64,000 bases of DNA, taken from the human T2T-CHM13v2.0 reference genome, Homo sapiens. Made by a program: the position numbers and the translations under genes. The DNA lies in assembly GCF_009914755.1 (NCBI RefSeq), contig NC_060929.1. One strand, written 5' to 3'. The notes under the pieces are model-generated. The model saw only the letters and a program-made list of their open reading frames with translations. It made no database searches and was not told the DNA's origin. Positions 1 through 26,424 of the stretch are shown here, one piece after another (within the stretch, counting starts at the first letter, position 1; each line of letters opens with the position of its first letter).

Positions 1-3860
<3,860 letters not shown>

Positions 3861-4894
3861 ATTGTAGAAAAAGAATTATAATTGGAGTTCTGAAGAAATT
3901 AGTAGGAAGTTGAAGCCTGTGACTGATGTTAAGTCTAACATTCCTCTGCTTCTCTGTTTTACCTCTCTTCCAGAAATGCTGATAGCCAAACATTATTTTA
4001 TTGCTGAGCAGAGAATTGGTAGCAAAGCTAATGGAATGTCTCCAGCCAAAACTGCAATATTCTTTCTCTCTGAACAAAGCTGGCATTGCAAAACTTAGGT
4101 TGGCACTGAAATGGCAATGAATATTGGCTTGAGACATACTTAGCATTTGACTTATGTTGAATCCAGCCCTTCCAGTGTAAATTGGAATAGTCCTTTCGAA
4201 ATGCATTTTGGCACTGTGGGTCAAGAACTTTAAAAATAATGTATATTCTTTGGCTCCAAGTTTTACCTAGATCCAGAAGAAATCCTAAATAGAGGCAAAC
4301 TTTATAAATAGTAGTGTTCATCATAGTGCTATTTTAATAGTGAAAATTGGAAGCAGCCGTAACATCTATATGTAAATTGTTGTAGCCAGTTAGAGTATTG
4401 TATAACCATGGTTATGAAGAGTGTATTAAGTTTATGAAGAGTTTGAAGGGAGTATTTCGTAAAATAATGTGCAAAATTATAAATATCTGAAAGAGAGGAG
4501 TCTCACACAGGTAAGAGAAAATAGAGAAGGCTCCTCAAACCTTGACTTGTATGTAGTGATGTGAGAGGGTGGGGTGGAAAAGTTGGTTTTCCAGCCAGGA
4601 GAGAAAACACCAGAAGATTCCTGTAAAGATCAAAGGCAGAGATGAATGGATTTTCCTCAGCATGCATACAGTCTAGAATGGAGAAGAAAAGACCATTAGA
4701 CAGTTTCCCCTATAATAATTTTATTTAATTGTAAAAGAGGTTGAATCAAGCCCTAAACCTTTCCTTGGAGTGTGGGGAACTAGAAGGAAATTTGTAAATG
4801 TAAACCAGTTGTATTAGTAATGGTTGGAACCACCACAGGGTAGCCTCTCACGCTACCCCATTTCTAATCTTTCTCTAATATTTAAACTTTACCA

Positions 4895-7360
<2,466 letters not shown>

Positions 7361-7529
7361 AGGGCTCATATGGTTCTTATACAGGTAAAATGGAAAAATA
7401 TTGCCTGAAATGAATGATCTTTCCCCTGCCTACTTCTCAGACCTTATCTGTCAACTTGCCAAGCTGGTTCTGTCTCCAATGTTTCCTCCCTTCTTGTTTC
7501 CTCCCTCCTTCAAGTTTTGTTTTACTTTT

Positions 7530-9200
7530 TAAATAAACTTGTCATTAGGAGAGATTTAGATTAACAGGAAATTGTGAAGATAATATAGAAAATTCCTAAA
7601 AATCTCATGCTGAATGTTTCTTATTAACACCTTGCATTATTAGTATGGTACACTTGTCAAAATTGATGAACCAATATTGATACACTATTATTAACAAAAG
7701 TCCATTCTTTATTCTGATTCTCTTAGTTTTTACCTGATACTCTTTTTGTGTTCCAGGATCCCATTTAGGGTACTACATGCCATTTAGTAGTCACATCTTA
7801 GGTTCCTCTGGGCTGTGACAGTTTCTTGAGCTTTTATTGTTTTTGGTGACCTTGACAGTTTTCAGGAGTACCAGTCAGGTATTTTGTAGAATATTTCTCA
7901 ATTGATATTTGCCTAATGTTTCTCTCATAATTGGGGCTGGGATTATGGGTTTTTGGCAGGAAGATTACAGAGGTAAAGCACGATTTTCACTACATCAAAT
8001 CAAAGGTGCTCTCAGCATGCTTTATCACTGTCGATGTTTTGGCCTTGATCACCTAGCTGCAGTAGCGTTGGTCAGGTTTCTCCACTGTTAATCCCCCTGC
8101 CCTGTTTCCGTTCTGTACTCTTTGGAAGGAAGTCATCATGCCTAGCCCATCCTGGGAAGGAATGAAAAGTTATGTTCTACTTCCTTGAAGGTAAAGGTAA
8201 AATATCTATATAAGTTACTTGGAATTCTTCTGCACAGGATATTTTTCTATTCTCCCCAGTTTATTTATTCAGCCATGTATTTATATCATGCGTATTTATT
8301 TTATTGCTAAAATTGTTCGAGCTTTAGTCACTGGGATCTTTTTCAGTTGACTCCTCTATCCTTTGTTTTTCTTGGTAGAGATGAGATCTTGCTGTGTTGC
8401 CCAGGCTAGTATTGAACTCCTGGCCTCAAGCAGTCCTCCCACCTTGGCTTCCCAAAGTGTTAGGATTACAGGCATGAGCCACCACTCCCAGCCTCCTTTA
8501 TCCTTTTGACCACAAGATTCTCTAGGCACATCTTATATATTTCCGGCCCCAGTCCTAGAATCAGCCACTTCTCCAAGGAGCCCTGATTCTTTTTATTAGA
8601 GAATGGTATTAGAAACCAAGTTCTAGGCATTGGGTGTGCTTGCTACTGGGATGTTGTGGCTTGTAGGACCTTTCAGCTGACTGAGCAAGGGATGTACATG
8701 TATGTATACTAAACTAAGTTTTTCTGTATGCAGTCATCTGTATCTATATTAAGCTAAACATGAGTTGATGTTTCCAATTCTATCCATTACCACTCTATCC
8801 ATTCTAGCCTTCTTCCTTTGGTTATCTGTCACCTCTCACTTCTACAGACAGAAAACTGGCTTTCATCATTCACCATCTTTTTACTTAATTGTTCAAATCT
8901 GGGATACATATGCAGATATAGTGGCTTCAGAATACGTATTCCCATGGAGAAAAACCTTATCAAGTAGAGAACAGTGCTTAAGTGTAGTTCCTGTTGCCTT
9001 TAGTCTTATAGACTTCATTTCCAAAGTTTCTTAGCACCCCCCTTCCCCCTTTGGTGAGGTTGTTTCACATATTTTCTAGACAATTAGATTCTTTTGTCAA
9101 AGTCTGTGTTCCATCCGGAGAGCCTCTGATCTCTTAAATGATTTTTTAAATTTACATACATTAAGGTTCACTCTGCTGTAAAGGTCTGTGGGTTTTTATC
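7530..9200 (-). mobile_element. Old L1 (L1MC/L1MD-like) 3' fragment with an internal Alu monomer (~8365-8495)
   Basis: Resembles antisense L1M 3'UTR (ccaggatccc...catttagt, gctgtgacagtttct). Subfamily called by eye. Confidence 0.6.
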
Positions 9201-10062
9201 TGTCTCACAGTTTTTGCATATGTTGGCCTTCTGCCTGGAATACTCTTCCCAGATATTTCCCCATGACTGGCCCCTTATCTTTCATTCAGATCTCTGCTCA
9301 AATATTATCTCCTTGAGGAAGCTTTCCTTGAGCACCCAATCTAAAGGAATCTTCTAGAACAAAATGAAAATTTTGTTAGTGTATTTTCTTCAGTATGTGT
9401 GGTTTGTTTTGACCAGTCTCCATTTACTAGGATGAAAATTTAAACAGGGCAGGGACTGTATCTGTATCCTGGATATATAGTGAATGTATGTTGATATATG
9501 AATGAATAATCCTGTCCCAGGTGTGTCCAGCATCACTTATTTCTAGGGCATAGTTTTAGTACTGATCAGTAGTAATTGAAAGCAGGCTTGTTCAGTTGGG
9601 TTTCCAGCTCACCCTGCTTCACTACTTAAAAAGTGTTTTGGTTATAAATTAGGTTAAGTGTTTCAGTATATTAAAGATGGCAGTCACTCTGTTCTCTCCT
9701 GCAATGTTTATAACCATTTATTTAAGGTTATTATTATTATTATTGAGATGAGGTCTCTCTGTTGCCCAAGTTGGAGTGCAGTGGCGCAGTTTACTGCAGT
9801 CTTGACCTCCTCAGGCTCAGGTGATCCTGAATAGATGATCCTTCTTGAGTAGCTGGGACTACAGGCGCACCACCACACCCGGCTAATTTTTTTTGTATTT
9901 TTTATAGAGATGGAGTTTCTCTATATTGGCCAGGCTGGTCTTAACTCCTGGGCTGAAGTGATCCACCCACCTTGGCTTCCCACAGTGCTAGGATTGCAGG
10001 TGTGAGCCACTGTGCGTAGCCTAAAAGTTACTTTAGTGAGGGATTTATAATCTCTATTCCTA

Positions 10063-10434
<372 letters not shown>

Positions 10435-10532
10435 TTAAGAACAAACACTGCTTCCTGAGCTCTTTCCTGACTTACTGATTTTCAGGAAAATTCTACAAAT
10501 TTGTAATGTTTTAACAACCAGCTTGGCATCTA

Positions 10533-10700
<168 letters not shown>

Positions 10701-11219
10701 TTAGCCAAGTGTGGTGGCGCACACCTGTGGTTCCAGCTGCTCGGAGGCTGAGATGGGAGGATCATTTGAGAGCGGGAGACAGAGGTTGCAAGTGAGCCAA
10801 GATCGTTCCACTGCACTCCAGCCTGGACAACAGAGCCAGACAGAACCTGTCTTAAAAAAACAAAGCAAAACAAAAAAAACAGTGTATTAATGTAAAGTGA
10901 GATTTTGTGATAATATCTAGAGGATTTCAGCTTATAGCTATGATGACTGAAGCTTATACAAAAAGGTCCTTTTAACTTGGACTGATTCTTCTACGATTTA
11001 AGCCCATAGTGTGTGCCTGGTACTAGTGAATATTACAGTGAATTGTTCCCTGCTCTCAGAGAACTTACATTACACCCTCTGAGAAGGCAATAGAATGAAT
11101 GTAAATAATCATAAGATAGGAAACAATAGGCACATAAGAGACGTAGAAAACAATTTTGGTATTTAGAGGAGGGAGCAGTCATTTGCACACTGGGGAAGAT
11201 GGTAAGATTAGAGTCCCTT

Positions 11220-12048
<829 letters not shown>

Positions 12049-13215
12049 TAATGTAGGACACTGAAAGTTAAGGGGGTCCTATTAGAAGCCAGAAGGGAAT
12101 AGGCAAATGTGAAGAGTCCTGTAATGGTCAGGACCTAAAATCCAGACTCAGAACTGTCAAAGCCAGTGGTTCTTAAAGGAACTTTTCTATTTCAGCATTT
12201 TAAACATTAACATTTTTTATTGCAAGTTTTTGTACTACATGTGTAATTATAAAAAATGAAAACTTGTATACCTAAAAATCCGAATTTCAGTTTTTGAATT
12301 TTGTTTCATTTTTTTAAGCTCTGGAAAAGAAATGCATTCCACATTAAACCCTTCACATTGCACATAAAGGAAACTAAATTCAGAGTTAAAATGTGCCTGT
12401 CCGTGGCCATGGGGTGCAGAATTAGGCAAGAACTTCAGTTTTCAGACTCATCAGTCCATACTACTACATTCTTGTCAGGTTGAGATCAGTCTCTTTGCCC
12501 TGAAGCTTACTGGTTGTTTAGAGGAGTTTCTTGAGGATAGAGACTACATCTTATTCATTTTCTGTCCCTCCAACATAGTAAGTTAGTGCTGTACAGAATA
12601 GGCATGTAGCACACATTTGTCAAATGAAAGGATGGATGGATTAGATGGATGGTTTTGGCTTTTATATTAGACTTTGAAGGAATGCTAGAGTTTAGCTCTG
12701 TGGAAATTCTGGGCATGAGATGTATACATGAACTGTTAGATTTGCTGAATATTGGACATCTGAACGGAAATAGTGAGAAAATACTGTAACTGCAGTGGCT
12801 CACACCTATAATCCCAGCACTTTGGGAGGCCAAGGCAAGAGGATTGCTTGAGCCCAGGAGTTGGAGACCAGCCTGGGGAATATAGAGAGACCCCGTCTTT
12901 ACAAAAAACATCCAAAATTTAGCTGGGTGTGGTGGTGCACACCTGCAGTGCCAGCTACTCAGGAGGCTGAGGCGGGAGGATCGCTTCAGTCTGGGAAGTT
13001 GAGACTGCAGTGAGCAGTCATTGCGCTATTGCACTCCAAACTGGATGACAGAGCAAGACCCTGTCTCGAAAAAAAAGTGGCGGGGGGTAGGGGGGTCGGT
13101 ATGTTAGGTTTTACACAGTTCATATTATAAACTAGGTTAATACCAGTATATAAAATGAAATAAGTTAATGAAAGGCATGACGTTTTACAGGAAAGGTGCA
13201 TTACATCATTATGTA

Positions 13216-13425
13216 GAGGTTGAGTATTCCTTATCTAAAATGCTTGGAACCACAAGTGTTTCAGATTTGGATTGTTTTGAGAATTTGGAATATTTACGTT
13301 TTACTGAATGAGCATCTCAAATCTGAAATGTTCCACTATGCATTTCCTTTGAGACATGTCAGCACTCAAAATGTTTCAAAAAATGTTGGAGCATTTTAGG
13401 TTTCAGATTTGGGATGCTCAACCTG
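13216..13425. mobile_element. MER46/Tigger4-type MITE (TcMar-Tigger)
   Basis: Terminal inverted repeats (g)aggttgagtattcc...gggatgctcaacctg flanked by TA target duplications. Confidence 0.8.
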
Positions 13426-13776
13426 TACTATCAACAGAATAGCTGTTTAGCATTAAATAATATTTTGCTTAGCCCACAGGTTGAAAAATCTTTAATTTTT
13501 TAAACTTGAATTTGAGAGGAGAATATTGATCTTAGTCAGTACTCCTCTTAATTGAAAGCCTTGAAGTTTTAAAAGGAATTATCATTTTTTTAGTTCTTTA
13601 CGCATCTAGAACAGTCAGCTGACTGTATAAATTCTGAATCGGTGAAGTTTTACCATACTTTAACACTCACTTTTAACATTTTTTAGTGTATTTTCCTAGC
13701 AGTATATGGCGTAAAAATACTCACACGTATACTGTTGGTTTTTCTCTAAGTAACTTGTTTTCATCCTTCTTTTCAG

Positions 13777-13845
13777 GATCTCACTGGCATCGAATCTATG
13801 GATCAGTGTCGCCATACCTTGGAACAGCATAACTGGAACATAGAG
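13777..13845 (+). CDS. FAF2: FAF2 coding exon 2 (DLTGIESMDQCRHTLEQHNWNIE; UBA-like domain)
   Basis: Pyrimidine tract plus ttttcag acceptor, GAG|gtata donor, 69 nt, phase 0/0. Translation matches the FAF2 N-terminus as recalled. Confidence 0.96.
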
Positions 13846-14956
13846 GTATAATAGGATGTGTTCTGAGCTTATTTCTTTTTCTCTGGTCTGATTAAGAGTC
13901 AAAACCGTATGTTTTTCCATAGCAGGAATCTTTTCAGTAGATTTTTTTCAGAATTATGACTCTAAAAATAAAAGTGCAGGAAGGTAAAGAATGTGAGAAA
14001 GTTTATAAAATCATAGAAAAATTTGTGACTAAATCCCTCAATATAGTGCCCCACCCCCTACTGTTTGTTAGTATCTTGTTGGGAAAACAATTGGTTTTTG
14101 TATATTTAGTTTTTAACCAGATGTCTTGATGTGAACCTTCTTCTTACATATTTTATAGTTTATTCTTTGGGGTTGTCTAGGTAGTCATGTTCTCTGCAAC
14201 TCTTCTCCTTGACCATTGAATTAGCAAGAACTTTAAAACACTGTCAGTTGATAATGGTAATAGCATTTTGTCCTCACTATAATGCCTCTGATTTTTTTTT
14301 TTTGAGACAAAGTCTCGCTCCGTCTCCCAGGCTAGAGTGCAGTGGCGTGCTCTCAGCTCACTGCAACCTCTGCCTCCCAAGTTCAAGCGATTCTCCTACC
14401 TCAGCCCCCTGAGTAGCTGGGATTACAGGCAGACACCACTGCACCCGGCTAATTTGTATTTTTAGTAGAGACGGGGTTTCACCATGTTGCCTAGGCTGGT
14501 CTTGAACTCCTGACCTCAGATGATCCGCCCCGCTCAGCCTTCCAAAGTGCTGGGATTACAGGCGTGAGCCACCGCGCCCGGCCATGCCTCTGATTTTTTA
14601 TTAGCAAGTGTGATGTTAGTTGTTACTTTGAGATAGATCTCCAAGGATGTAAGCTCCCTAAGAGCAGAGATTTTTTTGTTTTGTTTTAACTGCTGTATTC
14701 CCAGCATATAACATGGAAATAAATATCTGTTGGTTTTTCCCTTCCATTCTTAGTATATTAATAGTTTATACTGAGTGGATGTTTAATTTTGTCAAAACAC
14801 CCTCTTGATCCCAAATTACTGTTTTAATTATTATATGCTATTTTAAAAGGGTGCTGGATTCCTAAAAACGTGTTCCCTTTTTTTTTCCAGTTTTTTTTTT
14901 TAATAAAATGTATTCCTAATATGATTTCGTTATTCAACACATTTTTGAGCAATTAA

Positions 14957-15172
<216 letters not shown>

Positions 15173-15357
15173 TAATTTTTTTGTGGAGACGAGGTCTTGC
15201 TGTGTTGCCCAAGCTGGTCTTGAATTCCTGGGCTCAAGCAATCCTCCTGCCTCAGCTTCCCAAAGTACTGGGATTACATGTGTGAGCCACCACATCCAGC
15301 CAAGTCCCTACTCTTATGGAACTTAATTCTAGAGAATTTCAGTTTGTAATAAATGAC

Positions 15358-15557
15358 CGGAGGGGAACATCACACACGGGGCCTCTCGGGGGGTGGGGGG
15401 CTGGGGGGCTAGGGGAGGGATAGCATTAGGAGAAATACCTAATGTAGATGACGGGTTGATGGGTGCAGCAAACCACCATGGCATGTGTATACCTATGTAA
15501 CAAACCTGCACATTCCGTACATGTATCCCAGAACTTAAAGTATAATTTAAAAAAATA
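15358..15557 (+). mobile_element. 5'-truncated L1PA 3' end (~200 bp) with TSD
   Basis: L1PA 3'UTR consensus (ggggagggatagcattaggagaaatacctaatgta...cccagaacttaaagtataat). TSD aataaatgac at 15348-15357 and 15558-15567. Confidence 0.9.
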
Positions 15558-15584
15558 AATAAATGACAAATGAGATGAGCATAG

Positions 15585-15815
<231 letters not shown>

Positions 15816-16058
15816 TAGTAGAGACGAGGTTTCACCATATTGGCCAGGCTGGTCTTGATCTCCTGACCTTGTGATCCACCCACCTCCGCCTCCCAAGGTG
15901 CTAGGATTACAGGCATGAGCCACCACACCTGGCCTTGTTTTTTTCTTTCTAAGAGACAGGGTTGGGCCGGGCGCGGTGGCTCACGCCTGTAATCCCAGCA
16001 CTTTGGGAGGCCAAGGCAGGCAGATCACGAGGTCAGGAGAACGAGATCATCCTGGCTA

Positions 16059-16311
<253 letters not shown>

Positions 16312-16419
16312 TCATAGCTCACTGCAGTTGAACTCCTGGGCTCAAGCATTCCTCTGACCTCAGCTTCAAGTAGATGGGACTACAGGCCCACGCTACCACA
16401 CCGGGCCCTAGCGTTCAAG

Positions 16420-18130
<1,711 letters not shown>

Positions 18131-18199
18131 AAAACTAGGGGACTACCTGATATTAGCCAAATTTCAAAGTTTGAAGCTAGTAATTGAGTTCAGAGGGCA

Positions 18200-20140
<1,941 letters not shown>

Positions 20141-20944
20141 TCTATTTCAAGGACAGAGTTAAGGAGGGAATGAATTTTTTAAACTGAATATCAGTAGTCT
20201 GACAGGAGTTGTATTAGGATCTTTATGTGTGGCCAACTCATTAAATTTTCAGATTAACTCAGAAATATTGTTCCTTTATTTTGCACATGAGGAAACTGAG
20301 GCTCATATGTTTTTTTCTTCTTTATTTTTTATTTTTAGAGACAGGGTCTCGTTTCATTGCCCTGGCTGGTCTCGAATTTCTGGTCTCTGGGCTCAAGCAA
20401 TCCTCTCACCTCAGCCTCCCAAAGTGTTAGGATTACAGGTTTGAGCCACCGCGCCTGACCTGAGGCTCATACATTGAGCAACTTTTCAGAGAGATGGAGC
20501 TTGGATCAGACCGAAGTTTCTCTGCTGCAAGCCCCTTCATCAGATGCCACTCATCAGGACTGCTTCACTGCATAACTCCAGGGGTACTGCCTACATTGTA
20601 TTCTCTGAGGATGGCTTTTCTTGGGATTGTACAGTGAAGCACTTTATATCCCAGCCACCCTAAATAATACATGCCATCTGAATCCAGGCAGTACGCTTGC
20701 TGCATAAATGTAGCTTCCAGACAAGTTTCCTCGTCTCCTCTACCATGGATGCATTCTGGAGTGACAACTCCAGTTGCCTCCAAGTACAGCCGGTTAACAG
20801 GCCCATGAAGGTGCACTCCTCAGTGACCTTTTGGTGTATTCATGACCATCCTGTTTTGGAATACCACGCAATAGTTGCCTCACCTCTTGTTGTTGGTTGA
20901 TTTGAGCATCGCTGAAACTCTTGCCACTCCGTTTTCCTTCTCAG

Positions 20945-21079
20945 GCTGCTGTACAGGACAGATTGAATGAGCAAGAGGGCGTACCTAGTGTTTTCAACCC
21001 ACCTCCATCACGACCCCTGCAGGTTAATACAGCTGACCACAGGATCTACAGCTATGTTGTCTCAAGACCTCAACCAAGG
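20945..21079 (+). CDS. FAF2: FAF2 coding exon 3 (AAVQDRLNEQ...SRPQPR)
   Basis: ttccttctcag acceptor, 135 nt, ends at a GC donor AGG|gcaagt. Contained in ORF 20921..21157. Confidence 0.95.
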
Positions 21080-22338
21080 GCAAGTTATTTCATAGCTGGG
21101 ATTTCCCCCTTTTTTATTTATAAGTATATCCACTTGGTTATATTGATCTCCCTGTGACAGGAGCAAAACAAATATTTAGAATGTAAACCTGTTAGTTAGA
21201 CTTGGCCCGTTGGGTGTATTATTTTGCCTTGATTCCTCAAGGAATTGTTACAGAAACTACTCATTTTTTTTTCTTTTCTTTGCCAGTTATTTGGAGAGTG
21301 TTTTCTGCCTCTTAAGTTACAATTTGTTTACTCAAGTTCTTTGTTGCTTCAGTTTACTTAATCTTAAACCAGTTTTGAGGAAGTATATGGAATCTTTGTA
21401 GGAGCTTTGGCCACGTCTTTGAAATTAGCCTTGAAGGGCTAGTAGCAAGGAGGTGGTTCACTTAAATTTGACAGACATTTAAGAGTACTCCAATAACCTG
21501 GTATCTTGCTACTAGGGATCCAGACATGAATAAAGAGCCAGTCTTCCCATTTCAAATTCAATTTCTCACAGTCTATTGAAGGAAGTCAGATGTGTACACT
21601 GATAATGAATTCTAAAGAACTGCTTGGACTTTCTTTTTCTTACCCTTGGGGTTATACTCACCTCTTATACTTTTATACTTGCATTTAGAATCCTAAGAAA
21701 ACACTCCCTTTAACATTGCAGCAGTTAGAATTTACTCCATCATCAAGCCTTTTTGTGGAGTACTTGATTTTTGTTGTGTTTTGTTCTGTTTGAGACAGGG
21801 TCTCACTCTGTCGCCCAGCCTGGAGTGCAGTGGCATGATCTTGGCTCGCTGCAGCCTAGACCTCCCGGGCTCAAGCAGTCCTCCACCTCAGCCTCCTAAG
21901 TAGCTGGGACTACAGGTGTGCGCCACCATCCTGGTTAATTTTTGTATTTTTTGTAGAGATGGGGTCTTGCTATGTTGCCCAGGCTGGTCTTGAACTCCTG
22001 AGCTCAAGTTATCTGCCCACCTCAGCCTCCCAAAGTGCTGGAATTACAGGCTTGAGGCACTGTGCCTGGCCTACTTGATGTTTTAAAACATGTTTCTAAG
22101 TAGTGCTCTGTGGTTTTCTGAAGTACAGTAGCAGATTCCCATGTCAGCCATGGGGCTCCAGAGCTTCCTGGCTACAGACACAGAAAGTGTCTCAGGTTAA
22201 CACAATGTGACAACTATGAAATGCTTTATAAACTATAGAGCCCTGGATGTATGCTAGTTTTAATAATTAATAACAGCAATAATAATTAGCATTATTACTA
22301 AGATAAGCAGCTATATGGGGATTTGTCATTGTGGTTAA

Positions 22339-22668
<330 letters not shown>

Positions 22669-22993
22669 TGATCTGCCTGCCTTGGCTTCCCAAATTGCTG
22701 GGAGTACAAGTGTGAGCCACCACACCCAGCTAATTTTTGTATTTTTAGTAGAGACAGGGTTTTACCATGTTGACCAGGCTGGTCTCGAACTCCTGACCCC
22801 AGGTGATCCATCCGCCTCAGCCTCCCAAAGTGTTGGGATTACAGGCGTGAGCCACCAAGCCTGGCTTATTTCTGTATACCATATTTTGATGTGTAAATCT
22901 AAAAAGGAAAGAATGAGTGTGTATCATTTGGGGAACATTAATTTGCAATTGAATTTGACAAGTCTATAAGTAGCTGCCAAAAATAAGTATTAA

Positions 22994-23248
<255 letters not shown>

Positions 23249-23539
23249 TGATCTGCCCCACTCAGCCTCCCAAAGTGCTGGGATTACAGGCAGGAGATAC
23301 AGCTCTGGACCTTAAAGCAGATTTAATACAAAAATTCTGCAAAAAAAAATGATAGTAAGATGAAATAAGACCAAAGATGGTGGCACTTAGAAGGATGAGG
23401 TGGCCAGGAAGAAGGAACTGTATTTTAGAGGAACAAATCACATGGAAGGACCAAAAAGAGTGAGAAAATCTGACCTAGCCATTTGATAAAATATTAGGGA
23501 TTGAGAGAATTGTCTCTAACTTTGTTTTTGGACTTTCAG

Positions 23540-23616
23540 GGGCTGCTTGGATGGGGTTATTACTTGATAATGCTTCCATTCCGGTTTACCTATTACACGA
23601 TACTTGATATATTTAG
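23540..23616 (+). CDS. FAF2: FAF2 coding exon 4 (GLLGWGYYLIMLPFRFTYYTILDIF; hydrophobic membrane hairpin)
   Basis: ctttcag acceptor, TAG|gtatgt donor, 77 nt, phase 0/2. Aromatic/hydrophobic segment typical of the ER and lipid-droplet anchor of UBXD8. Confidence 0.96.
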
Positions 23617-24081
23617 GTATGTACCTTTGGATTTATGTATTAGTAGAATAGTAAGACTTTGGAGCTGAAATTTAGGCCAAAATAAGCTTTATGCTCTATC
23701 AATGTTGACTTACCAATTTGTCATGAGATGGAATACACTTCCCGAACTGTCTTTTAATACAACATACAAGTATTTTAAATTGTTGAAGCATTGGCAGGCA
23801 TTGTGAAATGGAATTGTTTTTAAATTAGTCTTACCTCTTGTTTGCAAAAACCAGTCTGACTATATTTATTTGTCTCCCCCTCCCCCCCCACCATATTTGT
23901 CACCTCTACACTTCCTAGTTGATGTCCACACCCTTTCCTTTCTAACCACTATCATCTCCTAGCTTCACACTCCTTAGAACTTTCTTCCTCAACTACTTCT
24001 CCTCCACCTGACTACTCACAATCCCAACAAATTCTCTTGCTCTGAGATTACCCAGTTTGCCCTTGATTCCTCCCACAATAG

Positions 24082-24534
<453 letters not shown>

Positions 24535-24788
24535 TAGCTTCCTTCATGTACCATTAAAAGAGCTCATCATTGGAAGCTACAGAGGGTCCAAGGCCAGAAA
24601 ATGAGTGGGGCTCAACTGGCCGGGCTCTGTGGCTCACGCCTGTAATCCCAGCACTTTGGGAGGCCGAGGTGGGCGGATCACAACGTCAGGAGATCAAGAC
24701 CATCCTGGCTAATACGGTGAAACCCTGTCTCTACTAAAAATACAAAAAATTAGCCGGGCGCGGTGGCTGGTGCCTGTAGTCCCAACTA

Positions 24789-24896
<108 letters not shown>

Positions 24897-26221
24897 TCAA
24901 AAAAAAAAAAAAGAAAAAGAAAAGAAAATGAGTGGGGCACAACTTCTTAGCATGTCAGGCTTGGGTTATCTGGTCCAGAGCCATGTCTAGGCTTTATGGG
25001 GAACTTAAATGTTCAAGGGCATCCAGGCCAGCAGATGGAGCTGGGATATGTAGTCTGGGCCTTCCCTGGAAGTACAGGTTCCCTGTACTTCCCTTCAAAT
25101 ATGGGACAGCCTTTACCCTGCTCTAGGGAGCAGAGGCTGAAGTTGTGGGTCCAGCAGCTGCATAAGTACAAGGGTCAGATAGTACCTTTTATATTGGACC
25201 CTTGGTGTTTTATGAGGCTGTCTACTTAATGGCTTTCTTGGTTTAGCAACATTCTTCATGATCACTAATTGCTTAGTACTCTTTCCATCCCCATTTTATT
25301 TAAGAATGAACATGTAAAAATCTTTAAAATCATAATGAAAACTAAGTTGACATCTCTGTTTTTTTCTAAAAAATCAAAAAAGCTGATTGTCCTAAATTGT
25401 GTAGATCGTGGGAATATTGTGTAATGAGGAAAAAAAAATAAAGCCTTTAAGAGAGAATTCTAAAATGCTTAATTTCAAAGAAAGTAGTTAAAACATCAGT
25501 CTTCTGATGAATTTCTAACCATTCCCCCACGTATACAACTTACTACATTTTGTGCTTTTAATTCGCTCTGGAACGTTGTTGTCAATGAATTTGGTTTGAT
25601 TACTCGGGAGAAATTCCAAGTAGAATTGTATACACAGGGGGAATTTGTTGGGATAATGAATTGACTCACTTTTTGTTAAGGAAAAGTATCACAGTTTAAT
25701 CACCTTGTCTGTGCTGAAAACGTTTTAAGTAAATGAATATTGTTTGCTTTTCTAGGGAAAATATGCACGGCATGTATTACTAATTTTAATGCAGCTGTAT
25801 CATCCAACCAGCTTGTTTAATGTTAGGTAACACATTATCCTCTGTCCTGTTGCCTTCTCTGGAAACCCAAAGGATAAATAAATGGTACTATACAAATAGG
25901 GTAGGCCCTTTAGAAACAGATGTGTGGTACCATTAGGTATGTATTCTTCACTTTACAAGAGCTGCCAGTACTCCACATCTGCCAGGGTACTGTGGAGCAG
26001 TTTTATAACTTCCTCCATGGTTGCCATCAACCATAAATCATCAAGCAAAAGGTACTTGCCCCTTTGAAGAGCAAGTAAGTCATAACCGCAACTTCAGATT
26101 TGAAGTTCCTATCCGTAAGTTGAATAGTTTGGGGTTGTGAACTCAATATTTAAAATCCCAGGAAAACAGAAAGGAGAAGGAGGGGCAAGTAGGACAACCA
26201 GAAAATGACCTCTGTTCTAGA

Positions 26222-26424
26222 GCACTGTCCAGTAGAACTCTCTGTGATGATAGAAACGTTCTGTATCTCCGCTGTTCAGTATGAAAGCCATTAAACACGT
26301 GGCTGTTGAGCACTTGAAATGTGGCTAGCATTACTAAGGAACTGAATTTTAATTGTATGTAATAGATTTAAATTCAGAATAGCCACATTTGACTAGTGGC
26401 TACAGTACTTAGACGGTGCCATTC
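26222..26424. mobile_element. MER3-like hAT-Charlie MITE
   Basis: gcactgtccagtagaact...gtggctgttgagcacttgaaatgtggctag...ctagtggctac, flanked by ttctaga direct repeats. Confidence 0.75.

Noticed and set aside
8765-9034. 89-aa ORF with a signal-peptide-like hydrophobic N-terminus
   Set aside because: It starts at TTG/ATG inside an antisense old L1 fragment. T-rich repeat DNA yields hydrophobic codons, and there is no splice or promoter support.
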